In this document: positions 10,001 through 19,069 of the stretch, in pieces | How positions within the stretch are numbered: position 1 is the stretch's first letter | Layout of the letters: the number at the start of each line of letters is the position of its first letter | Origin: Candidatus Moraniibacteriota bacterium | Lineage (GTDB): Bacteria > Patescibacteriota > Minisyncoccia > Moranbacterales > DUUL01 | Assembly: GCA_027008775.1 (NCBI GenBank) | Contig: JALVDV010000006.1 | Span: 13,551 to 77,550 of the forward strand | Length of the DNA stretch: 64,000 bases | Reading direction: 5' to 3' | Notes under the pieces: generated by a model | The model's database searches: none | Seen by the model: the letters and a program-made list of their open reading frames with translations, nothing else | What the model was told of the DNA's origin: nothing | Translations under genes and position numbers: made by a program

Positions 10001-12100
10001 ATGAATAACGTACAGGAATTTTCTGCGGAAATTGCCGGTCGGAAATTGACGGCAAAAATCGGTTTATTGGCCGGGCAGGCTGATGGAGCGGTCACTTTAC
10101 AGTACGGGGATACGGTAGTTTTGGCCACGGCTACAATGAGTGAAGAGAGGAAAGAAGGCCAGGACTGGTTTCCTCTTTTTGTGGAGTATGAGGAAAGATT
10201 TTATGCCGGAGGGAAAATTAAGGGTTCGCGTTTTATTAAAAGAGAAGGTCGTCCGTCGGATAGAGCCATTTTAGCCGGACGAGTGGTGGATAGAACAATC
10301 AGACCGCTTTTTGATGCGCGAATGAGAAATGAGGTGCAAGTGGTGGTGACAGTTTTATCTATTGATAATGAAAATAATCCGGCGGTTTTGGCGGTGACGG
10401 CCGCTTCATTGGCTTTGGGTCTCTCTGATATTCCTTGGAATGGTCCAGTGGCGGCGGTACAGGTGGGAAAGTTTGGTGATAATTTTGTTCTTAATCCCAA
10501 AGTTGATGATTTGGAAAAATCAGAGCTTGATCTAGTGGTTTCCAGTAATGGAGAAAAGGTGAATATGATTGAAGCCGGCGCTAAAGAAATTGGAAATCGG
10601 GAAATGACTGAAGCTATTAAACTTGGATTTCAGGAAGCCAATAAAATAGTTGATTTTCAAAAATCAATTATAGAAAAAATCGGCAAACCTAAAAAAGAAG
10701 TGGAATTAACCGAGCCGACTGATGAATTTCTGGCAGAGATAACCGCTTATTTAAAGGAAAAGGGTTTAGCGGAAGCTCTTTATACAAAAGATAAAAAAGA
10801 GCAGAAGGAGAAAATGGATGAAATCAAACGCTCTTTGTTTGAAAAGTTGGAAAGCGATTATAAAGACGAAGAAGAGTTGAAAAAAAGAAAGGAAGAGGCT
10901 TTGTTGATTTACGAAGAATATTTAAATACGGTTTTACATAAAAGAATCTTAGAGGAGAATTTAAGACCGGATGGTCGTCGGCCGGAAGAGATAAGGGAAA
11001 TTAAGTCAGCGGTGGCCGTTTTACCGCGCACGCATGGTTCCGGTCTTTTTCAACGAGGGCAAACCCAGGTTTTGACGACGGCTACTCTGGGAGCGCCGGG
11101 AGATGAGCAAATTATTGATACAATGGAGTTGGATGAGAAAAAAAGGTATATTCATTATTATAATTTTCCTCCTTACAGTGTGGGGGAAGTGCGACCAATG
11201 AGAGGGCCAAGTCGTCGAGAGATAGGACATGGAGCTTTAGCGGAAAAAGCTTTGGAACCGGTTTTGCCGACTAAGGAAAAATTTCCTTACACGATGTTAT
11301 TGGTTTCCGAGGTGATGTCTTCCAATGGTTCTTCTTCAATGGCTTCCACTTGCGGTTCAACTTTAGCTTTAATGGATGCCGGAGTGCCGATTAAAGAGCC
11401 GGTTTCCGGAATAGCAATGGGAATTGTGACAGATAAAGATGGTTGCTACAAAATCCTTTCTGATATACAGGGACCGGAGGATCATTGGGGAGATATGGAT
11501 TTCAAGGTGGCCGGTACTAAAAATGGAATAACCGCTCTACAGTTGGATGTGAAAATTGAAGGAATAAATCCTGAATTGTCTCTGGAGGTTTTGGAGAGAG
11601 CTTTTGAGGCCAGGATGCAGATTATGCGGGTGATGTTGGAAGCTATTCCGGCGCCAAGGAAGGAGTTGTCGCCTTATGCGCCCAGAATTATCAGTATGAA
11701 AATTGATCCAGAAAAAATCGGAGATGTTATTGGTACCGGTGGTAAAATTATAAATGAAATTATTGATGAAACCGGGGTTAATATTGATATAGAGGATGAT
11801 GGAAATATTTTTATTACTGCCGATGATCCCAAGCAAGCGCAAAAAGCCAAAGAATGGATAGAAAAATTAACAAAGGATATAGAAGTGGGTGATGTTTATG
11901 ACGGAAAGGTGGTGAAAGTGATGGACTTCGGAGCTTTTATTGAGTTGACTCCCGGAAAAGACGGATTGATTCATATTTCCAATTTATCCAATAAGAGAGT
12001 TGATAAGGTGACGGATGTTGTTAAGGAAGGGGAAGTAGTAAAAGTGAAGGTTTTGGATGTTCAGGATGATGGTAAAATAAGCTTGAAATTGATCAAATAA
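10001..12100 (+). CDS. pnp: polyribonucleotide nucleotidyltransferase (PNPase)
   Basis: Two RNase PH domains are present (FSNGEK...; SNGSSSMASTCGSTLALMDAGVP). A KH domain (IGDVIGTGGKIINEI) and an S1 domain (GDVYDGKVVKVMDFGAFIEL) follow. Confidence 0.95.
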   Translation: MNNVQEFSAEIAGRKLTAKIGLLAGQADGAVTLQYGDTVVLATATMSEERKEGQDWFPLFVEYEERFYAGGKIKGSRFIKREGRPSDRAILAGRVVDRTIRPLFDARMRNEVQVVVTVLSIDNENNPAVLAVTAASLALGLSDIPWNGPVAAVQVGKFGDNFVLNPKVDDLEKSELDLVVSSNGEKVNMIEAGAKEIGNREMTEAIKLGFQEANKIVDFQKSIIEKIGKPKKEVELTEPTDEFLAEITAYLKEKGLAEALYTKDKKEQKEKMDEIKRSLFEKLESDYKDEEELKKRKEEALLIYEEYLNTVLHKRILEENLRPDGRRPEEIREIKSAVAVLPRTHGSGLFQRGQTQVLTTATLGAPGDEQIIDTMELDEKKRYIHYYNFPPYSVGEVRPMRGPSRREIGHGALAEKALEPVLPTKEKFPYTMLLVSEVMSSNGSSSMASTCGSTLALMDAGVPIKEPVSGIAMGIVTDKDGCYKILSDIQGPEDHWGDMDFKVAGTKNGITALQLDVKIEGINPELSLEVLERAFEARMQIMRVMLEAIPAPRKELSPYAPRIISMKIDPEKIGDVIGTGGKIINEIIDETGVNIDIEDDGNIFITADDPKQAQKAKEWIEKLTKDIEVGDVYDGKVVKVMDFGAFIELTPGKDGLIHISNLSNKRVDKVTDVVKEGEVVKVKVLDVQDDGKISLKLIK

Positions 12101-12125
12101 CAACAATTTCTTTTTAAAAGGAGGC

Positions 12126-12160
12126 GGGAGCTAGCTGTTTTGCTTAGCTCCCGTTTTGTG
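12126..12160 (+). terminator. rho-independent terminator after pnp
   Basis: gggagcta...tagctccc hairpin followed by gttttgtgtt. A TATAAT -10 box lies immediately downstream at 12162-12167. Confidence 0.5.
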
Positions 12161-12195
12161 TTATAATCTAGCGGAGAAGGAAGCTTCTTTTTAGC

Positions 12196-13287
12196 TTGGT
12201 TATGGAAAAAAATAAACTAAAAAACAAAAAAATATTGGTGTTCTCGGGCTTGCTGATGGTAAGTTTATTTTCTTTTGTTTTGGTGCGCGCCAAGGATAAT
12301 TCTTTTGATTATTTTCAGGACCGAGATCAAGATGGCCTAACCGACCAGGAAGAAAAAGCTTTGGGAACAGATTGGAAAAAAGCTGATACCGATGGTGATG
12401 GTTATAGTGATGGTGTGGAGGTTAAGAACGGTTTCAATCCGTTGGTACCGGCGCCGGGAGACAGGCTTACTCCAGAAGAGAACCAAAAGGTTAGAGAGGT
12501 TGTTTTTAAAAAACAACATCTACAAAAAAATTTAACACAGGAATTTATAGAGAAATTAAAGGCGAAGAAAGAAGGAACTCTGGAGGCTTTTAAGGAAGCC
12601 AGTGGAGAGTCAGGTGTGGTGGTTGATTTAGATTCTATGAAGAGAGTAAAAAGTTTATCATTGACCAATAAAGACATAGAAGAAATTGTTCGGGAAACGA
12701 TGCAGGATTCCAGTTTAGGCTCGGAAATGAAGTTGTTACCGGAAAGTGATTTTAAAATTTTGCCGAAAGTTACAGCTAAAAGTGAAAGAAAGAAAAAGGA
12801 AAAAATCAAAAAAGAATTGGAAGATTATGTCGCGCAGGTTGGTTATATAATGGTAAAAAATTTACCTTTTCAGTTGGATGAAGGAGATGAATTTGCTAAA
12901 AAGTTGGATAAATTTATGGTGGGTGTTGGGGATGATATTGTTATGGGTGATGATTTGAGGGTTAAAGAAAGTAGGGCAAGGTTAAGCAAGACTTTTCAAG
13001 AATTGAAAGAAATAGAAATTCCCTATGTTGTTAAGGATGTGCATATAAGAATTTTGTCTTTGATGAATTATTTGTTGGAGCAGGATGAGGATATTGTTTT
13101 TCAGAAGGATGATCCGGTGGCGATGGCTTTGTTAGTGGGGCGTTTGCAAGGTATTTTGTCTGATATCCAAGCGCAGCAAATTATTCTGGAGGATATTTTG
13201 GAAAAGTATGGAGTGGTTGACTCTCAATTTAAAAGTGTTAAAGAAATGGAAGATGTGGATTACAAGAATGATCAAAAGAATAAATAA
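12196..13287 (+). CDS. hypothetical membrane-anchored secreted protein with a thrombospondin type-3 (Ca-binding) repeat
   Basis: N-terminal TM helix, then DQDGLTDQEEKALGTDWKKADTDGDGYSDGVEVKNGFNP. It is the first gene of the T4SS-like cluster. Confidence 0.5.
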   Translation: MVMEKNKLKNKKILVFSGLLMVSLFSFVLVRAKDNSFDYFQDRDQDGLTDQEEKALGTDWKKADTDGDGYSDGVEVKNGFNPLVPAPGDRLTPEENQKVREVVFKKQHLQKNLTQEFIEKLKAKKEGTLEAFKEASGESGVVVDLDSMKRVKSLSLTNKDIEEIVRETMQDSSLGSEMKLLPESDFKILPKVTAKSERKKKEKIKKELEDYVAQVGYIMVKNLPFQLDEGDEFAKKLDKFMVGVGDDIVMGDDLRVKESRARLSKTFQELKEIEIPYVVKDVHIRILSLMNYLLEQDEDIVFQKDDPVAMALLVGRLQGILSDIQAQQIILEDILEKYGVVDSQFKSVKEMEDVDYKNDQKNK

Positions 13288-13297
13288 GATATGATGC

Positions 13298-14254
13298 GTG
13301 AAAAAAAAGAATTTACTTATTAAAAACCAGGTTTTGATGAAGGAAAATTTGTTGACAAGAAAAAAAGTATTTTTTGTTGGTTGGGCGCTGATTTTGTTTT
13401 TTGTTTTTTGCAATGGAGCCGAAGCTTCTTGGCCGACAGAAAATATCACCGGTTTGACCGGTGTAAATTTGAGTGCCGCTTTAAATTCGGCAGAGCAAAA
13501 AATCAGAAGTATTATTTTAGCCAGAATGCAACAGGAGGCTATTAAACAAATTCAGGATACAATGGCTGATTTGGTGGTGGGTGATGGTTATAATTCTTAC
13601 ATAATTTCCGATTACGAAGATTTTATTTATGGGACGGCGCAACGAGCGGCAAAACAAAAAATGGTTGATTTTTTTAAGCAACAAGGGGAAAGAGTGACGA
13701 TGGAGGAGAGGCAAGTTTTACATGAAGTGGAGGCTAAAGTTAGGGAAGATTTGTTTGGAGAGACGCCGAAACAAGATTTGGGTCAGTATGTGGAGGATGC
13801 TTATGGCCGAAAAACCAGCGCTCCTTATGGAGATATGTTTAAAGGAAATTCCTTGGCCGCTTGGGTTAGGTATGAGACCGGACCTTTTAATAAACCGTGG
13901 CAGATGGTTGATTACACCGAAAAGATGTTGCGGGATTATATGGAGCGGGTGGAAGATGTGCAAAGAACTAAGGCTATAGCCAACCAAGGATTTGATCCCA
14001 AAAATGGTGTACCCGGCAGTGTGATTGCGCAGCTGGTGGCTCAGTCAGAAGGGGCGCCCATTGAAATGATTTCCAATGCCACTACGGCGGAGCAGGTGGT
14101 CACCAGTTTGGCTACATCCACTTTAACTTCATTTATGCGAAACGGTTACAGTCGGGTGGCCAAGCCGGCTGCGAATCAGATTGATAAAATAAATGAAAAG
14201 TATGAAGGAGGCGTAAAGACGATTCAGGATTTGATTTATGAGGGGCAAAATTAA
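13298..14254 (+). CDS. hypothetical bitopic secreted protein (possible VirB8-like scaffold; weak)
   Basis: 318 aa with one N-terminal TM helix and a soluble domain. Placement between the TSP3 protein and the VirB6-like gene is the only basis for the VirB8-like suggestion. Confidence 0.4.
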   Translation: MKKKNLLIKNQVLMKENLLTRKKVFFVGWALILFFVFCNGAEASWPTENITGLTGVNLSAALNSAEQKIRSIILARMQQEAIKQIQDTMADLVVGDGYNSYIISDYEDFIYGTAQRAAKQKMVDFFKQQGERVTMEERQVLHEVEAKVREDLFGETPKQDLGQYVEDAYGRKTSAPYGDMFKGNSLAAWVRYETGPFNKPWQMVDYTEKMLRDYMERVEDVQRTKAIANQGFDPKNGVPGSVIAQLVAQSEGAPIEMISNATTAEQVVTSLATSTLTSFMRNGYSRVAKPAANQIDKINEKYEGGVKTIQDLIYEGQN

Positions 14255-14278
14255 TTTTTTTAGTGAGTTTTTGTCTGG

Positions 14279-16189
14279 ATGAAAAACAAAATTAAAATTT
14301 TTTTCAGTGATAGTTTACGGAACCCAAGATCGCGGGCGGTTTTGTTGGTGGCTTTGTTGTTGTTTTTTGGCCCTTGGCATTTTGCCAGAGCTGAAAGTGA
14401 AAGTGGTGCGATAATCAAGGTTTTTGCTCAACTTTTGGAGCTCGCTAATGATTTTTTGAGGTGGACTATTTCTCCAGGGCTTTACGAGAATGTTTTTTTC
14501 TCGGATGTAGCCAAAGAGGCGGTGCTGGGCGCCTGGAAAGTAGTGCAGGGTTTCGTGAATATGTTTTATCTATTAATTTTGATTTTTTTGGCATTGGCTA
14601 CTATTTTGCAAATCAACGGTTTTAATGATAAAAAATTATTTGTCAAGGTAATCCTGAGCGCTATTCTGGTTAATTTTTCTTTGCCAATCACCGTTTTTGT
14701 GATAGACCTTTCCAATATTTTTATGAATTATTTTGCTTCAGCCATTCATTCCACCAGTGTGGCCAACGTTTTTTTTGATAGCACTCAGTACGAACAACTT
14801 ACGAAAAATCTCGGTTTTTTTAGTTCAATCGGAATGGATATTTTTTCGGCCATAATTTATTCTATTGTGATAGTGATGCTCTTATGGACAGCGGCGGCTT
14901 TATTGATAAGGCTGGTGGCTTATTGGGTTTTGATAATTTTGTCACCCTTGGCGTTTTTTTCTTTGGCTTTGCCCGGGTCAAGCGGTTTTAAGGAGTGGAA
15001 AGATAAATTGGTTCACTATTCATTTTTCGGGCCGATAATGTTGTTTTTTATTTGGTTGTCTCTTTATTTGTTAAATTCCTTGAAAGCGGCTTTTTTAAAG
15101 CATCCCGAGCCAACTTCTTATAGCAAATTGGTCGTTTTTATTGTTGGTTATATTACCGGGATCTATTTGCTTTATTATGGTCATGATAAGTCACGGACGA
15201 TGGCCAGCAAGGCGGGTGATTTGGCGGGAAATTTTATGGGAAAAGCGTGGGCGCATGGAGCTAAAACGGGTAAGTTTATGGCCACTGCCGGTCCGCTTGG
15301 AATGATGGCCAAGTCTTATGGCAAGGCCGGGTACGAGGGTGGAAGGGCTTTTTTGAAAAAACACAAGGCAACCTCTTGGTTAACTAAGGAGGGGCGGGAG
15401 GAGAAACAGAAAGAGAGAGATGAAATGGCAAAGTCATTGGCGACCGGTAAAGGCAGTTTAAAAGAGCGATACCAGAGAACAAAAGATAGACAGGAAATGA
15501 AGAAGATCAGTGATAAAGAAAAAGAGATGTTAGAAGCCGGATATGATTTGGATAATATTGATGAGTTGAAGAGATTGAGAGACGGGGGTGGTTTGGAAGG
15601 AAAAGTGGCAGCTAAAAGATTAGCCGAAAAAGGTAAATTGGGTGGAGAAGGTGAGCTGGAAAAAGCGATTAATGTTGCCGGGGATAATGAGTTGTTAAGG
15701 AAGCATATTTTAACAAAGACCAGTGATAAAAATAAGGTCGCTTATATGAATTACAATTTAAAGCATTACAGTGACAATGAGGATAGTAAAAAGTTTGTCA
15801 ATGATATGTATAAAAAAGCGATAGAGGAATATAATAAAAACAATCCTGATGCGGAAGTGGTCTATGATCCTGATTCAGAAAGAGATATTGATAGATTTTT
15901 AGTGGCAATGAGCCAGGAAAAAGGTTTAAAGCCCAGTGAGGTGCGTAAACAAATGGCTTACAATGGAATGTTTGCCGGGGCCAAATCTGTTAATCAGATA
16001 GCCGATATTTTAAATGAAGATGCCGGTAAACAAGGGGAAGAGGCGGCGCGAGCTTTTGCTAACTATGCTCAAGATCCCAATTTTGGGGCGGAGAGATATA
16101 ATAGGGAAAATTGGAAAGCGAAGGAAATTCTCAACAATAATCTTAACAGTAAGGCCAGTGCTGAATTAAGAAATAGAGGGTTTTTTTAA
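14279..16189 (+). CDS. VirB6/TrbL-like polytopic membrane protein
   Basis: Signal peptide, at least six hydrophobic helices, then a ~270-aa K/E-rich hydrophilic C-terminal domain. This architecture and the position upstream of PrgI/VirB4 are typical of VirB6/TrbL. Confidence 0.45.
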   Translation: MKNKIKIFFSDSLRNPRSRAVLLVALLLFFGPWHFARAESESGAIIKVFAQLLELANDFLRWTISPGLYENVFFSDVAKEAVLGAWKVVQGFVNMFYLLILIFLALATILQINGFNDKKLFVKVILSAILVNFSLPITVFVIDLSNIFMNYFASAIHSTSVANVFFDSTQYEQLTKNLGFFSSIGMDIFSAIIYSIVIVMLLWTAAALLIRLVAYWVLIILSPLAFFSLALPGSSGFKEWKDKLVHYSFFGPIMLFFIWLSLYLLNSLKAAFLKHPEPTSYSKLVVFIVGYITGIYLLYYGHDKSRTMASKAGDLAGNFMGKAWAHGAKTGKFMATAGPLGMMAKSYGKAGYEGGRAFLKKHKATSWLTKEGREEKQKERDEMAKSLATGKGSLKERYQRTKDRQEMKKISDKEKEMLEAGYDLDNIDELKRLRDGGGLEGKVAAKRLAEKGKLGGEGELEKAINVAGDNELLRKHILTKTSDKNKVAYMNYNLKHYSDNEDSKKFVNDMYKKAIEEYNKNNPDAEVVYDPDSERDIDRFLVAMSQEKGLKPSEVRKQMAYNGMFAGAKSVNQIADILNEDAGKQGEEAARAFANYAQDPNFGAERYNRENWKAKEILNNNLNSKASAELRNRGFF

Positions 16190-16293
16190 AAAGATTTTTC
16201 CAAGAGCGTCTAGGTGATGATGGAAAAAATTTTAAAGTTACTTAATAGGTGGTTTGTGGTTATGAAGTGTTTTTTACTTAAAATAGCAATAAA

Positions 16294-17847
16294 ATGACAG
16301 AAGATAATAAACAGAAAAACAGTTTGGCGCAAAAGTCTGTTACGGGTTCTCCTGTTGGCAGTGGTGTCGGAGGAAATCAGAGTCAGTCTCAAGGGAGTGG
16401 CAATGATTTGGTTAGGGCAGGTGTGGGAGTAGCAGGTAGAGGAGGTGGTGGTGATGACAATTTGGAAAGCGCTGGGCGGGTAAATAATTTTTCTCAAAAA
16501 AGGAATATTGAGATCGGTGACAGAGTTGTTTCTCTAAAGAATGTGATGACTGACAGAGAATTGGCAAGAATGAAACAGTTAGAAGAGGAAAAACAAAAGG
16601 CTGTGAAGTTAAGAAAAATGAGCACTGAAGGGAAAAACATGAAAGACTCGTCAGTTGTTGGAGAAAGGTCGCATTTAGAGATTACCCCTGAGGGAAAAAT
16701 AATAAAAGAACCGTTAAAACCAAGAAGGTCAAATGACCAGTCTGGTTTTGTTGATAGTGAAGTGAGTGATAAAAATGTTCTTTCTTTAAAAAACTTGAAA
16801 AATAAAGTTGAAGGAAAAACGAGTGGTGAGCCGGAGAAAAAAATAAGTGGACAAAATGTGGTGAACTTAAAAAATCAAAAAAGTGAAACCGTTAGTGTTG
16901 GGTCAAGAGGAAAAACAGAGCATTCTCTCTCAGATAATTTTGAAAATAATAAGGGTCTTGTTTGGGAAAAACAAAGAGTTGATTTAAGCAATTTAACGCC
17001 GGAAAGGCGGTTGGAAATACAGGCTAAGCCCTATTCAGCCAGTGTGCATTGGAAAATGGATGATGATTTAAACGGGGATATTAAAAATTTATTTGAACAA
17101 TATGACAAGTTGCCCTTGGAAATCAGACTGGGATTGGAAAGTGAGCGAGTGAAGCAGGAGATTGAGAAAATAGCGCGTGATTTTAAATTGTTTAGGGAAG
17201 AATATCTGGGAGAAATTTCTCGGATGGTTAGAGATTATTTTTTGGTGGGTTGGAGGCGAGAGGAATTGTTTAAAAGAATCAGGAAGGTTTTTGGTTTAGA
17301 TGCGAATGGGGCGGAAAATTTAGTTGGTCATATTTTGCGAATAATCAAATTGGTGGAAGAGGAGGGAAAAAAGATGGCTCGTCAGTTTTATGTATCTTTA
17401 ACACTGGAAGAAGCTGAAGCCAAGTATCCAAATTTAGGAGAACAGAAAATTAGTAAAGAAGATATTTTTAATGAGAAAACAGGTGTTTTTATTGAGCCAA
17501 CGGTTGACAATTGGATTACGAATTACATCAATTACGCCGGTTCGGGTAGACACAGCGCTCTGGAGCGTAGCAGGTATTTGTCAAATTCGGCTAATGTGGC
17601 GAAATTGTCGCCGGAGGAAAAAGAGTGTTTAAAAAAAATTCTTAGATCTTTTGACGAAAAAACCAAGTTGGTGTTTACTAAAGATGATGGAATTTTGATG
17701 TGTGGATTGGATGATGTAAATGGTGTCTTGGCTGAAGAGGGGGCAGAAGGGCTGTCTGAGAAAAAAACAGGAAAAAGAGTTTTGAATAATTTTAGAATAG
17801 ACGAAGCGCAAACTGTTGATGTTGATAATGAAATTGGTGGTGTGTAG
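16294..17847 (+). CDS. hypothetical soluble protein with a Gly/Ser-rich N-terminus and internal V[VL][SN]LKN repeats
   Basis: 517-aa ORF inside the cluster with no TM segment. Repeated VVSLKNVM / VLSLKNLKNK / VVNLKNQK segments are visible. Confidence 0.4.
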   Translation: MTEDNKQKNSLAQKSVTGSPVGSGVGGNQSQSQGSGNDLVRAGVGVAGRGGGGDDNLESAGRVNNFSQKRNIEIGDRVVSLKNVMTDRELARMKQLEEEKQKAVKLRKMSTEGKNMKDSSVVGERSHLEITPEGKIIKEPLKPRRSNDQSGFVDSEVSDKNVLSLKNLKNKVEGKTSGEPEKKISGQNVVNLKNQKSETVSVGSRGKTEHSLSDNFENNKGLVWEKQRVDLSNLTPERRLEIQAKPYSASVHWKMDDDLNGDIKNLFEQYDKLPLEIRLGLESERVKQEIEKIARDFKLFREEYLGEISRMVRDYFLVGWRREELFKRIRKVFGLDANGAENLVGHILRIIKLVEEEGKKMARQFYVSLTLEEAEAKYPNLGEQKISKEDIFNEKTGVFIEPTVDNWITNYINYAGSGRHSALERSRYLSNSANVAKLSPEEKECLKKILRSFDEKTKLVFTKDDGILMCGLDDVNGVLAEEGAEGLSEKKTGKRVLNNFRIDEAQTVDVDNEIGGV

Positions 17848-17909
17848 AAATTGTTTGTTGATTGAGGTATGCTTACCATAAATTTAAAATAAAGAACAAA
17901 AAATAAAAA

Positions 17910-18341
17910 ATGTTGAGAAGATTTCAGGTACCACAATATGTTGATGTGGAAGATAAGGTTGCTTTTCGCCTGACATTTAAACAGTTGGGTTGGTTTGCTT
18001 TGGGCGGGGTCGTTTTGTTTTTGCTTTGGGTGGTTTTTGAAAAGTGGGTTTTTTGGACATTTTTTCCTTTTATTTTGGCTTTGGCGGCAGCATTTGCTTT
18101 TTGGCGACCGGCCGGCTTGTCGCTTTTTGCCTTTTTGACGTATGGATTAAGGCATTTTGTGAAGCCTAAATATTTGGTCTGGGATAAGGGTTTTGAAGGT
18201 GATGATGAAATGAATAGAGCAGTGAAAATACCAGAAGACTCCGAAAAACAAAGTCAGTTGGTTCAGGAAAAACGGAAAAGAGCGCAACTAAGTAGGTCAG
18301 CCGATTTGGCGGAGCTTTTAGATGAAAAGGGTAAGTTGTAA
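17910..18341 (+). CDS. PrgI/VirB3-like small membrane protein
   Basis: 143 aa. A short N-terminal segment is followed by two adjacent TM helices (GWFALGGVVLFLLWVVF...FFPFILALAAAFAFW). It lies immediately upstream of VirB4, the canonical PrgI-PrgJ arrangement. Confidence 0.5.
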   Translation: MLRRFQVPQYVDVEDKVAFRLTFKQLGWFALGGVVLFLLWVVFEKWVFWTFFPFILALAAAFAFWRPAGLSLFAFLTYGLRHFVKPKYLVWDKGFEGDDEMNRAVKIPEDSEKQSQLVQEKRKRAQLSRSADLAELLDEKGKL

Positions 18342-18357
18342 TTTTTAAACCAAATAG

Positions 18358-19062
18358 ATGTTTGGAAAATCAAGCAATACTACACCAAAAGGTAACAATA
18401 GGCATCAGGCGATACAGGAGTATGTTGATATTGCTGAAATTAAGGAATCAACGGTAATTTTAAGAGATGGTTCGTTAAGAGCCGTTTTGGCGGTTTCGTC
18501 GGTAAATTTTGATTTGAAGTCAGCGGAAGAACAAGAAGCGATTATTTTTGCTTTTCAACGATTTCTTAACTCGGTTGATTTTCCGATTCAAATCGTGGTC
18601 AGCTCTCGGAAATATAATATTGATACATATCTAAAAAAATTAAAGGAAAGAAGTTATGTGGAACGTAACCCTCTTTTAAAAATGCAAATTCTTGATTATA
18701 TAGAATTTGTTTCCGGGTTGGTTGAAGAGGCCAGCATAACAAGTAAATATTTCTATGTAGTGGTTCCTTTCTATGCAATACAGAATAAAAAGGCCGGTTT
18801 GTGGCAAAAAATCGGTTTTATTTTAAATCCCAGAAAATCTATTTTTGAACAGAGGGAACTTTTTGAGACAAGTAAGGACCAATTGTTACAGCGGGTTGAG
18901 GAAGTAAAACATTTGTTGGCCGGTGTAGGTTTGAATGTGGCGATGCTATCAACTCAGGAGTTGATAGAATTGTATTATAATTATTACAATCCTTCGGAGT
19001 TTAGTTATGTTTCTTTAACACCAATGGAAGAATTGCAATTAGAAGAAAATAAAAATTTATAA
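18358..19062 (+). CDS. VirB4/TrbE-family N-terminal domain fragment (probably the 5' part of the following VirB4 gene)
   Basis: 234 aa with no Walker motifs. It ends 8 nt before the VirB4 ATPase ORF and is +1 out of frame relative to it. Removing one A from the A5 run at 19051-19055 fuses the two ORFs. Confidence 0.45.
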   Translation: MFGKSSNTTPKGNNRHQAIQEYVDIAEIKESTVILRDGSLRAVLAVSSVNFDLKSAEEQEAIIFAFQRFLNSVDFPIQIVVSSRKYNIDTYLKKLKERSYVERNPLLKMQILDYIEFVSGLVEEASITSKYFYVVVPFYAIQNKKAGLWQKIGFILNPRKSIFEQRELFETSKDQLLQRVEEVKHLLAGVGLNVAMLSTQELIELYYNYYNPSEFSYVSLTPMEELQLEENKNL

Positions 19063-19069
19063 ACCCAAA